Positions 55,873 through 64,000 of a DNA stretch of 64,000 bases are shown here, one piece after another; position 1 is the first letter of the stretch; each line of letters opens with the position of its first letter. The notes beneath the pieces were generated by a model, which searched no databases, was not told where the DNA came from, and was given only the letters and a program-made list of their open reading frames with translations. The position numbers and the translations under genes are program-made. Source of the stretch: Tagaea sp. (GTDB taxonomy: Bacteria; Pseudomonadota; Alphaproteobacteria; CACIAM-22H2); assembly GCA_965228135.1 (NCBI GenBank), contig OZ245798.1:247656-311655 (forward strand), read 5' to 3'.

Positions 55873-58134
55873 ATGGTACGGCGCGGGCGGATCGAAGACG
55901 ACAGGCTGTTGCTGGGTAAAGGGCGTTACACCGCCGACAATCTTCCCGAAGGGTGCTTGCACGCGGGCTTTCTGCGCAGCCCCTATGCGCACGCGAAACT
56001 GACGCGGCTGTCGGCCGAGGCCGCCAAGGCCATGCCGGGTGTGGCCGCAATCTTCACCGCCGCCGATCTCGGCCCCTTGCGCACCGGCGGCAAGATTGCG
56101 CTGAAACGCACGGGCGGGGCGGACGCGCCCTTCACGCCGCGCCAAGTGCTGATCGACGGCGTTTCGCGCCATGTCGGCGAGCCCGTCGCGATCGTCATCG
56201 CGGCCACGCAAGCGCAAGCGCAGGATGCGATCGAAGCGATCGAGGCGGAGTACGAAGAACTTCCCGCGATCGTCGATCCGCGCGATGCGCTCGCCGGCGG
56301 TGCTGCCCCGATTTGGGGCGAGGCGCCCGACAATATCGCCTTCATTTGGCGCCATGGCGCCGTGGGCGAGGTCGATTCGTATTTGAAATCGGCGGCGCAT
56401 GTCGTGCGGCTGCGTTGCCCGATCACGCGCGTGTCGGCGGCCCCGATGGAGGGCCGCGCCGTGTTGGCCATACCGGCGGGCGAACGCTTGGAAGCGATCG
56501 CCGCGACGCAATCGCCCTTCGGCTGGCGCGATAGCGTGGCCGCCGCGTTGGGGATCGCGAAGGAAGCGATTCACTTACGCGCCGAGGATGTCGGCGGCGG
56601 TTTCGGGTTGAAAGCTGAAGCGACGCGCGAGGAAGTCGCGACATGCTGGGCCGCGCGTAAACTCGGCAAGCCGGTTCGCTGGATCGCCGACCGTGCCGAA
56701 TCGCTGGTCGCCGACGATCACGGCCGCGACGTCGATGCCGAGACCGCCTTGGCGCTCGACGCCGACGGCAATTTCCTCGCCTTCCGCGTCGACTATATCG
56801 TCGATATCGGCGCTTATGTTTCGGGCCGCTCGACCGGACCGATCAACAATATCGGCGGCATCGCGGGCGTCTATCGCACCAAGGCGATCGCGGCCGAAGT
56901 GCGCGGCGTGTTCACCCATTCCGTGCCGACCGTGCCCTATCGCGGGGCGGGGCGGCCCGACGCCACCTATGTTCTGGAACGCACGATCGATCTGGCGGCG
57001 GCCAAGCTGGGCGTCGATCCGTTCGAATTGCGCCGACGCAATCTGGTGCAGCCCGACGCGATGCCCTATCGCACGCCGTTCCTGTTCGAATACGACAGCG
57101 GCGACTTCCCGGCGGTGATGGAAACCGCACGCGGCTTTGCGGACCTTGCTGGGTTCGCCGCGCGCAAAGCGGCCAGCGCCAAGAACGGCAAGCTGCGCGG
57201 CATCGGTTTCTGCAACCCGATCGAGGTCGCGGGCGGGCCGTTCACCAAGCCGGGCGCCGACGGGTCGCGGATCGAAATCGATGCGCAAGGCCGCGCGCAT
57301 ATCTTCACCGGGGCGATGTCGGTCGGCCAAGGTCTCGAAACCGTGTGGCAGGACATGCTGATGGATCGCATGGGCATTGCCGCCGATAAAATCGTCTATC
57401 GCCAGGGCGATACCGATTTGATGGCGAGCGGCAAGGGCAGTGGCGGTTCGGGCGGGCTCAGCGTCAGCGGCGCTTCCGTGGCGCTGGCGATGGACAAGGC
57501 GATCGAGGACGGCAAGAAGCGCGCGGCCGAGAAGCTCGAAGCGGCTTTGGCCGATATCGAATTCGGCGACGGCGTGTTCCGCATCGTCGGCACCGATCGC
57601 GCGGCGAGCTGGGCGGAGATCGCCGGGCCCGAAGGCCTGAAGGCCGATGTGCATTTCCAGCCGCCGGCGGTGACGTTCCCGAACGGCTGCCATGTCTGCG
57701 AGGTCGAGGTCGATCCGGAAACCGGTGCGGTCGAAGTCGTGTCCTATGCGGCGGTCGAGGATATCGGCAACGTGATGAATCGCCAGATCGCCGAAGGGCA
57801 GATCCATGGCGGCGTGGCGCAAGGGCTGGGCCAAGCGCTGATCGAGGAAGTCGTCCACGATCCGGCGACCGGCCAGGTGCTGACCGGGTCGTTCATGGAT
57901 TACGCGATGCCGCGCGCGACCGACATGCCGATGATCCGCATCGCCACGCATGCGGTGCCCACGAAGGTCAATTTGCTCGGCGCCAAGGGCGTGGGCGAGG
58001 CGGGGACGGTCGGCGCGCTGACGGCGGTGATCAATGCCGCGTGTTCGGCGTTGGCCCCGTTGGGTGTGACGCATATCGACATGCCGCTCACGCCCTATCG
58101 CGTGTGGGCCGCGATCGAAGCCGCCAAGCGCTGA
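55873..58134 (+). CDS. Xanthine dehydrogenase-family molybdopterin-binding (large) subunit
   Basis: RIEDDRLLLGKGRY, LRSPYAHA, VGGGFG, PYRGAGRP, GQIHGGVAQG, KGVGEAG. GGAG RBS at 55861. Confidence 0.9.
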   Translation: MVRRGRIEDDRLLLGKGRYTADNLPEGCLHAGFLRSPYAHAKLTRLSAEAAKAMPGVAAIFTAADLGPLRTGGKIALKRTGGADAPFTPRQVLIDGVSRHVGEPVAIVIAATQAQAQDAIEAIEAEYEELPAIVDPRDALAGGAAPIWGEAPDNIAFIWRHGAVGEVDSYLKSAAHVVRLRCPITRVSAAPMEGRAVLAIPAGERLEAIAATQSPFGWRDSVAAALGIAKEAIHLRAEDVGGGFGLKAEATREEVATCWAARKLGKPVRWIADRAESLVADDHGRDVDAETALALDADGNFLAFRVDYIVDIGAYVSGRSTGPINNIGGIAGVYRTKAIAAEVRGVFTHSVPTVPYRGAGRPDATYVLERTIDLAAAKLGVDPFELRRRNLVQPDAMPYRTPFLFEYDSGDFPAVMETARGFADLAGFAARKAASAKNGKLRGIGFCNPIEVAGGPFTKPGADGSRIEIDAQGRAHIFTGAMSVGQGLETVWQDMLMDRMGIAADKIVYRQGDTDLMASGKGSGGSGGLSVSGASVALAMDKAIEDGKKRAAEKLEAALADIEFGDGVFRIVGTDRAASWAEIAGPEGLKADVHFQPPAVTFPNGCHVCEVEVDPETGAVEVVSYAAVEDIGNVMNRQIAEGQIHGGVAQGLGQALIEEVVHDPATGQVLTGSFMDYAMPRATDMPMIRIATHAVPTKVNLLGAKGVGEAGTVGALTAVINAACSALAPLGVTHIDMPLTPYRVWAAIEAAKR

Positions 58135-59436
58135 TCACATCATCGCGGGCAGATACATGATGAAGCCCGGGAAGGCGATCGCGAAGGCGACGACCAGCAG
58201 ATCGGCAAGGAAGAACGGCGTCACGCCCTTGAAGATCTGCGCGGTCGTCGCGTAGTCGGACGCGACGTTGCGTATGACGAAGACGTTGAGCCCGACCGGC
58301 GGCGTGATCATGCCGATCTCCAAGAGCTTGACGACCAGCACGCCGAACCAGACGAAGTCGATCCCCTGCACGCGCAGGATGGGCAGCAGCACGGGCAGGG
58401 TGATCAGCATGGCGCCGAACGGCTCCATGAACATGCCCAGGATCAGATAGATTACGACGATCAGCAGCATCAGCTGGACGTAGGAAAGATCGGCGCCGGA
58501 AACGATGCCGGTGAGGAACCCGGTCAAGCCGGTCATGCCCACGAAGCGCGTGAACATCGCCGCCCCGATGCCGATGATGAACAGCGAGGCCGACGTCGTC
58601 AGCGTTTCGATCAGCGAGGTCTTGAAGCTGTCGAAGGTCAGGCGGCGCGTGGCGAGTGCGATGCCGATCGAACCGATGGCGCCGACCGCACCGCCTTCCG
58701 TCGCGGTGAAAGCGCCCGAGAACAAGCCGCCGAACACGATCGCCATCAACAGCAAAGCGGGCCAAATCTTCGCCAGCGCTTCGCGCGGCGAAATGCCTTC
58801 CGCGTCGAGCGGGCGGGGCGGACAGATATCCGGCCGGACATACGAAATGATCAGCACGACGGCGGCGTAGGAAACGGCGGTCAGCAATCCGATGCTGACC
58901 CCGCCGACGAAGACCTTGAGCACCGAGGTTTCGGCGAACACGCCGTAGACGATCATCAGGATGGATGGCGGGATCAGCGCGCCGATCGTCCCGCCCGCGG
59001 CGATGGCGCCGCAAGCGAAGCTGGGCGAATAGCCCGAGCGCACCATTTCGGGGATCGCGATACGTCCCATCGCGGCGGCCGTGGCGAGCGACGAGCCGCA
59101 GATCGTGGCGAAGCCCGAACAGGCGAAGATCGCCGAAATCGCCAGCGCGCCGGGAATGCGGCGCAAGACCGCTTTCGCCGCTTCGAATAAGCCCGTCGTC
59201 AACCCCGCGTGATAGGCGACGAAGCCCATCATCAGGAACATCGGCACGGAGGACAGCGTCCAATTGTCGACGAAGGAATAGGGCGTATTGGCGATGACGC
59301 CCAGTGCGGGTTCCAAGCCGATCAGCCACGTGACACCGCTGAACGACACGACGATCATCGCCAAGGCGACCGGAACGCGCAGTATCAGAAGCACGAGCAG
59401 CAGCAAGACGCCCGCGAAACCCGTTTCGACGCTCAT
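58135..59436 (-). CDS. dctM: TRAP transporter large permease
   Basis: SVPMFLMMG, GSSLATAAAMG, GALIPPSI, ITPPVGLNV. Confidence 0.93.
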   Translation of the reverse strand: MSVETGFAGVLLLLVLLILRVPVALAMIVVSFSGVTWLIGLEPALGVIANTPYSFVDNWTLSSVPMFLMMGFVAYHAGLTTGLFEAAKAVLRRIPGALAISAIFACSGFATICGSSLATAAAMGRIAIPEMVRSGYSPSFACGAIAAGGTIGALIPPSILMIVYGVFAETSVLKVFVGGVSIGLLTAVSYAAVVLIISYVRPDICPPRPLDAEGISPREALAKIWPALLLMAIVFGGLFSGAFTATEGGAVGAIGSIGIALATRRLTFDSFKTSLIETLTTSASLFIIGIGAAMFTRFVGMTGLTGFLTGIVSGADLSYVQLMLLIVVIYLILGMFMEPFGAMLITLPVLLPILRVQGIDFVWFGVLVVKLLEIGMITPPVGLNVFVIRNVASDYATTAQIFKGVTPFFLADLLVVAFAIAFPGFIMYLPAMM

Positions 59437-59927
59437 GGCGTTTCGGCCTTTCGGGGTTGAACGATGCGGAGTGCGACAGCCACGGCGGCCAACGCGAAAC
59501 CGAGCGGCGGCAGGAAGAAGCCGGGCCAGACCGGCAGACGGTAGGTCTGCGCCATGACGAAGGCGCCGGTCGCGAAGGCGTCGAGCGCATTTACGAACGT
59601 CACCCAGGCGAGTGTCGCGTAAACGGCGGCGGACAACGCGGCGACCAGCCGTTCCAGCGCGTCGCGTGCGCCGGGCGAAATGAACGGATCGATGACCTCG
59701 ACCTGCACCATGCCGCCGCGTCCTTCGACGAAGGCGAGCGGCACGAAGGCGAGCGCTATCATGTAGTACTTGGTCACGATCTCGTAGGTCGCGGGGATCG
59801 GCGTGTTGCTGACGTTGCGCAGGATCACGTCGACGATCACATGCAGCATCATCGCGACGATCGCGAGCGCGCCGATCAGGACGAGCGCATCGAGCAGATA
59901 CGAATGAAGGCGGGCGAGGGTGCGCAT
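59433..59927 (-). CDS. dctQ: TRAP transporter small permease
   Basis: 4 TM segments, located between dctP and dctM, ATGA overlap. Confidence 0.87.
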   Translation of the reverse strand: MRTLARLHSYLLDALVLIGALAIVAMMLHVIVDVILRNVSNTPIPATYEIVTKYYMIALAFVPLAFVEGRGGMVQVEVIDPFISPGARDALERLVAALSAAVYATLAWVTFVNALDAFATGAFVMAQTYRLPVWPGFFLPPLGFALAAVAVALRIVQPRKAETP

Positions 59928-59946
59928 CTTTCCTCCGAAAACGTCG

Positions 59947-59975
59947 GCGGGAGCCGGAGGATTTCCGGCTCCCGC
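59947..59975. other. Intercistronic stem-loop between dctP and dctQ
   Basis: GCGGGAGCCGGA-GGATT-TCCGGCTCCCGC, a 12-bp perfect stem. Confidence 0.65.
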
Positions 59976-59985
59976 GCGTTCGGGT

Positions 59986-61110
59986 TCACATGCCGTATTT
60001 GGAATAGTCGACCTTCGACCAGACTTCTTCCTGAAGCTTGATCGCCATCTGCTTGGGATCGCTTTTCACCGATTCCGCGATCGCCGTCCATTTCTCGGTC
60101 AAGGCCAGGAAGCGCTTGATGCGCTCGCCCGAATCCTGGATGCCGAAATTCTTGGCGCTGAGGGCTGCGACCGTTTCGGGTTCCGTCTTGGCGAAGGAAT
60201 TGAAGCTGGCGACGAACGCGGCGTCGGGCTGGATCATTTCGATGCCTTTGGCCTTGGCGGCGGCTTCCGCCTCCTTCTCCATCTCCGTGCCCCAGCGATG
60301 GGTGAAGTCGGTGTTGGCGCGGTTGGCGGCGCGGGCCATCGCGGCGCGATCCTCGACCGACAGACTGTCCCAGGTCGCGGTCGCCGTCGCGAAGTTCGAC
60401 GTCGATTGATAGAGCCCGATCGGCAGGAAGGTGATGTATTTGACCGTTTCGATCAGCCGGAACGAGAGCAGGTCGGCGATCGAGGCCATCGTGCCGTCGA
60501 TCACGCCCTGATTCATCGCTTCGAATTGATCGAAGACGGACATCTGCACCGGCGTCGCGCCGTAATGCTGGGCCATCCGCGCCCACGGCGCCCCACCCGA
60601 CCGCAAGCGCAGCCCCTTCAGGTCTTCGGCCTTGCGCACCGGCTTGCTGGTCATGATCTCGTAGCCGTCCGACGCGCCCGAGCCGAGGAACACGACGCCG
60701 AAGCGGCGCATTTCGCGCTGGCAGGGTTCGCAGGTGACGACGAATTCCGTCACGGCGGCGGCGGTGCCTTGCGGGCTGGTGCCGAGCAGGGACAATTCGC
60801 CGGCCAGCGCCATGTTCGGCAGATCGGCGGGGAAGTAGAGCGGCAAAAGATTGCCGACTTCGGTGATGCGGCTGCGCAGCGCATCCTTCATCTGACTGAG
60901 ATTGACGACTTCGGGTCCGAGGATTTTGCCGGTCAGGCGGCCTTGCGATTCTTCGGGCAGGTACTTCGCGAAATTGGTGTAGAGCACGCCGTTGGCGGGG
61001 TGGGCCGGCGGCGCCGCCGGCGCCACGCGTAATTCTCGTGCGTTGACGGCGGAGCCGAGAGTGAGCGACCCCGCTACGGCGAGGACCGCAAGCTTGACGA
61101 GCGTTCGCAT
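59986..61110 (-). CDS. dctP: TRAP transporter substrate-binding protein
   Basis: Signal peptide, DLKGLRLRSGG, EAMNQGVIDG motifs. Confidence 0.87.
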   Translation of the reverse strand: MRTLVKLAVLAVAGSLTLGSAVNARELRVAPAAPPAHPANGVLYTNFAKYLPEESQGRLTGKILGPEVVNLSQMKDALRSRITEVGNLLPLYFPADLPNMALAGELSLLGTSPQGTAAAVTEFVVTCEPCQREMRRFGVVFLGSGASDGYEIMTSKPVRKAEDLKGLRLRSGGAPWARMAQHYGATPVQMSVFDQFEAMNQGVIDGTMASIADLLSFRLIETVKYITFLPIGLYQSTSNFATATATWDSLSVEDRAAMARAANRANTDFTHRWGTEMEKEAEAAAKAKGIEMIQPDAAFVASFNSFAKTEPETVAALSAKNFGIQDSGERIKRFLALTEKWTAIAESVKSDPKQMAIKLQEEVWSKVDYSKYGM

Positions 61111-61129
61111 GATAACCTCCCTGTGCGCC

Positions 61130-62011
61130 TCATTTGAGGTTCAAAAGCCTCGTTGCGTTTTCCTTCAGGATGAGGGGGCGCACCTCGTCCTTGAACGGCA
61201 TTTGGGCGAAATCGGCGAGCCATGTGTCTGGCGTTATCGCCGGCCAATCCGACCCGAAGAGCATTTTCTTTTTGAGCAGCGAGTTGGCGTACTTCACCAG
61301 AATTTCGGGGAAGTATTTCGGACGCCAGCCGCTGAGATCGATATAGACGTTCGGCTTGTGCTGGCATACGGCGAGCGCTTCCTCCTGCCAGGGGAACGAC
61401 GGATGGGCCATCACGATGGGCATATCCGGAAAATCAGCCGCCACGTCGTCGAGATGGATGGGGTTCGAGTATTTGAGGCGCATGCCCATGCCGCCGCGCA
61501 TGCCCGAACCGACGCCGGTCTGTCCGGTATGGAACAGCGAGATCGCGCCTTCGGCGGCGATCGCCTCGTAAAGCGGATAGGCCATGCGATCGTTCGGGAA
61601 GAAGCCTTGCATGGTCGGATGGAACTTGAAGCCGCGCACGCCGAAATCGCGCACCAGGCGGCGCGCTTCGCGCGCACCGACGCGACCTTTGGCGGGATCG
61701 ATCGAGGCGAACGGGATCAGAATGTCGGCGTTCTCCGCGCAGATGCGCGCGACTTCCTCGTTCGCATAGCGTTTGAACCCCGTCTCGCGTTCGGCATCGA
61801 CCGGGAAAATCACCGCGGCGATTTTTCGCTCGCGATAATACGCGGCCGTGCGCTCGACGCTCGGCAGCATGCCGTTCGCACCGGCGGGATTGCAGAAATA
61901 CCGGGCCATGCCGGCTTGGAATTCGTTGTAGCCGTCGTCGCGCGCGCAATCGCACGGTTCTTCCGCGTGGGTGTGGATATCGATCGCGACGATGGTCGAA
62001 AGATCGATCAT
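61130..62011 (-). CDS. Amidohydrolase_2 family; 4-hydroxyphenyl-beta-ketoacyl-CoA hydrolase (CouO/Atu1421-like)
   Basis: IDIHTHAE, GFKFHP, FHTGQTG, MAHPSFPW, DLSGW.PKYF, FGSDWP. Clustered with crotonase, MarR and CoA ligase genes. Confidence 0.8.
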   Translation of the reverse strand: MIDLSTIVAIDIHTHAEEPCDCARDDGYNEFQAGMARYFCNPAGANGMLPSVERTAAYYRERKIAAVIFPVDAERETGFKRYANEEVARICAENADILIPFASIDPAKGRVGAREARRLVRDFGVRGFKFHPTMQGFFPNDRMAYPLYEAIAAEGAISLFHTGQTGVGSGMRGGMGMRLKYSNPIHLDDVAADFPDMPIVMAHPSFPWQEEALAVCQHKPNVYIDLSGWRPKYFPEILVKYANSLLKKKMLFGSDWPAITPDTWLADFAQMPFKDEVRPLILKENATRLLNLK

Positions 62012-62478
62012 CCATTCGCTCCGATGCCCGCGAATTTGCGCAGCAATGCGACGAAGTCGCCGTATTCCCGATCGCTCAACGACGCGCGCTCGGCGCGATG
62101 GATCGCGCGCATTTCGACGCGGCTGCGATCGTAGGCGGCCTTGCCCGCTTTGGTCAGCGACAGACGGACCGAGCGCCGGTCGTTGGGCGGCACGTAACGG
62201 TCGATCAAGCCGTCATCGACCATCCCGCGCACCAGCTTGGTCATGTGCGCGGGCTTGATCATCAAGCGGCGCGCGATGGCGCCTTGGCGCAAGCCGGGAT
62301 TGAGGGCGATGACCCACAGCACGGTCAGCGCGCCGGGCTTCAAGCCGACCTGCGACACGCGGAAGAAATGCGCGAAGGCGCGCAACTGCGCCATGCGCAG
62401 CAGGAAACCGAGCGTGGTTTCGATCTCGCCCAGATCGACGCGCTCGGCCTCGATCTCCTCGCGGGTGAATTGATTCAT
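62008..62478 (-). CDS. MarR family transcriptional regulator
   Basis: LGFLLRMAQ, NPGLRQGAIARRL, PNDRRSVRLSLTKAG. Confidence 0.9.
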   Translation of the reverse strand: MNQFTREEIEAERVDLGEIETTLGFLLRMAQLRAFAHFFRVSQVGLKPGALTVLWVIALNPGLRQGAIARRLMIKPAHMTKLVRGMVDDGLIDRYVPPNDRRSVRLSLTKAGKAAYDRSRVEMRAIHRAERASLSDREYGDFVALLRKFAGIGANG

Positions 62479-63254
62479 TCGCCGCCGCCGGGGGCCGCGA
62501 CCTTCGCCGCGCGCTTTTCGAGGAACGCTTTGAGCCGGGCTTCCGCCTCGGGGCTCGTCGCCGTCAACGCCGAGACGAAGCTTTCCATCAGCAAGCCGTC
62601 GTCGCTGGACATATCTTGGATGCGCGGCAACGCGTTGATGATCGCGTAGTTGGAGAATTCCGCGTTGCCCGCGGCGCGCGCGGCGAGTTCGACCGCTTTG
62701 TCGAGCGCTTTGCCGGCGGGCACGACGTATTGAACGATGTTCCAGCGTTCCGCCGTGGCGGCATCGACGCTGCGGCCGGTCAGCATCATGTCCATGACCC
62801 GCGCCGTGCCGATCAGCCGCGCGGTTTTGACCGATCCGCCGCCGCCAAGAAAGATGCCGCGTTGACCTTCCGGAAGCGCGAAGAACGCGGTTTCGTCGGC
62901 GACGCGCACATGGGTGGAGGAGGCGAGTTCGAAACCGCCGCCGACCACCGCGCCGTGCAACGCCGAGAACCAGGGAATCCGGCCGCGATGCAGGCGATCG
63001 AACACGCGATGCCAGCGCCGCGAGCCGTGCATGCCGTCGATCGGCGATTTGCCGAGATGCTCGACGAGATCGAGGCCCGCGCAAAAATGCGGGCCGATGC
63101 CGTATACGACGCCGGCTTTCGCCACGCGTTCGGCCCGATCGACCGCCGCTTCGATTTCATCGATCACCGCATCCGAAATCGCGTTGCGCTTGTCCGGGCG
63201 GTTGAGCCCGATGAGCGCCACGTCGCCGCGAATTTCGGTCACTAGAAACGGCAT
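62475..63254 (-). CDS. Enoyl-CoA hydratase/crotonase family
   Basis: LNRPDKRNA, FCAGLDL, GAVVGGGFELA, FALPEGQRG. Confidence 0.92.
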   Translation of the reverse strand: MPFLVTEIRGDVALIGLNRPDKRNAISDAVIDEIEAAVDRAERVAKAGVVYGIGPHFCAGLDLVEHLGKSPIDGMHGSRRWHRVFDRLHRGRIPWFSALHGAVVGGGFELASSTHVRVADETAFFALPEGQRGIFLGGGGSVKTARLIGTARVMDMMLTGRSVDAATAERWNIVQYVVPAGKALDKAVELAARAAGNAEFSNYAIINALPRIQDMSSDDGLLMESFVSALTATSPEAEARLKAFLEKRAAKVAAPGGGE

Positions 63255-63294
63255 GGAGCGGTGATCCTCCCGGTACTGAACGTCTTCTTGGTTG

Positions 63295-63327
63295 AGATAC
63301 TATCTTCGGAGATTGTTTCCATGTAAA
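63295..63327. promoter_or_regulatory. MarR operator candidates in the divergent promoter
   Basis: AGATA-C-TATCT (63295-63305) and TTTCCATGTAAA (63316-63327), short inverted repeats in an AT-rich gap. Confidence 0.35.
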
Positions 63328-63350
63328 GTATTTTAAGGGAGAGGCGCCGA

Positions 63351-64000
63351 ATGGCCGGAATAGGCTTTCGCGAAGTCGAATTATGGCGGGCGGAGATCGC
63401 TTGGGAACGCCGGGCGGACGGGTCGATTCTCGTCCGGCAGACCGGCGCATTGCCCGCTTATCCCGATCGCCTGTCCGATCGCATCGCGCATTGGGCGGGC
63501 GTGGCGCCGGATCGAACATGGATGGCCGAGCGCGGGCCCGATGGCGCATGGCAACGCGTTTCCTATGCCGAGCTCTGGGCGTCGATCCGTACGATCGGGC
63601 AACGCTTGCTCGAACTGGGATTGGGGCCGGAGCGGCCCTTGGCGATCCTGTCCGACAATTCGATCGCGCATGCGCTGATGGCGCTGGGCGCGCAATATGT
63701 CGGCATTCCGTCGGCGGCGATATCGATCGGCTATTCGCTGGCGGGCGACGGTTTCGGACGCTTGCGGGAAGTCGCCGCACAGACCACGCCGGGTGCCGTG
63801 TTTGCCGACGATACGGATCGCTACGCCGCGGCATTGCGCGCGGTCTTTCCGGATCTGCCGCATTTGGGCTTGCGTGGGCCTGGAAGGCGGCTGGAATGGC
63901 GCGATCTTCTGGGCGCAAGCGATACGGCGCAAGCCGACGCGGCCTATCGCGCGACCGGGCCCGATACCGTGGCGAAATTCATGTTCACCTCGGGCACCAC
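63351..64000 (+). CDS. fcs: Feruloyl/hydroxycinnamoyl-CoA synthetase, 3'-truncated
   Basis: Manually translated open frame: MAGIGFREV...ERRADGSILVR..LPAYPDRL..R..HWA..APDRTWMAER...ILSDNSI.HAL...DTVAKFMFTSGT (AMP-binding motif at the window end). Confidence 0.85.
   Translation, partial: MAGIGFREVELWRAEIAWERRADGSILVRQTGALPAYPDRLSDRIAHWAGVAPDRTWMAERGPDGAWQRVSYAELWASIRTIGQRLLELGLGPERPLAILSDNSIAHALMALGAQYVGIPSAAISIGYSLAGDGFGRLREVAAQTTPGAVFADDTDRYAAALRAVFPDLPHLGLRGPGRRLEWRDLLGASDTAQADAAYRATGPDTVAKFMFTSGT

Noticed and set aside
55873-58134. Aerobic CO dehydrogenase (coxL form I)
   Set aside because: Lacks AYxCSFR, and there are no coxMS or accessory genes.

Overview
GC-rich alphaproteobacterial chromosomal segment (Rhodospirillales-like by protein style; this is an inference). 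It is densely coding and dominated by catabolic and transport modules. I found no rRNA, tRNA, IS/transposase, prophage or CRISPR array. In order: (1) the 3' part of a very large Gly/Thr/Ser-rich beta-helical exoprotein; (2) TetR, a TauD-family dioxygenase, a sugar ABC transporter and an FGGY pentulose kinase; (3) an ~18 kb putative N-heterocycle/cyclic-amide catabolic island (11139-29021). The island holds a divergent AtzD/barbiturase-family hydrolase and paired amidohydrolases, PuuE-like hydrolases, single-Cys Asp/Glu-racemase-fold proteins, GntR regulators and PotA-like ATPases, plus ABC and TRAP transporters, two sigma54-type promoters and an NtrC-like box; (4) a PAS protein, an orphan TAXI binding protein and a PAP2 phosphatase operon with a binding-protein-less ABC system; (5) a non-phosphorylative sugar/sugar-acid operon led by an IclR-lactonase fusion; (6) a receiver protein, a degenerate GGDEF/EAL-like protein and a sensor kinase; (7) a NitT/TauT ABC operon preceded by two small ORFs and a terminator/antiterminator-like leader, divergent from a GcvA-type LysR; (8) an orphan molybdopterin large subunit; (9) a hydroxycinnamate-type CoA-dependent cluster with a TRAP transporter, truncated at the window end. 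All motif comparisons were made by eye against remembered family motifs; no searches were run.
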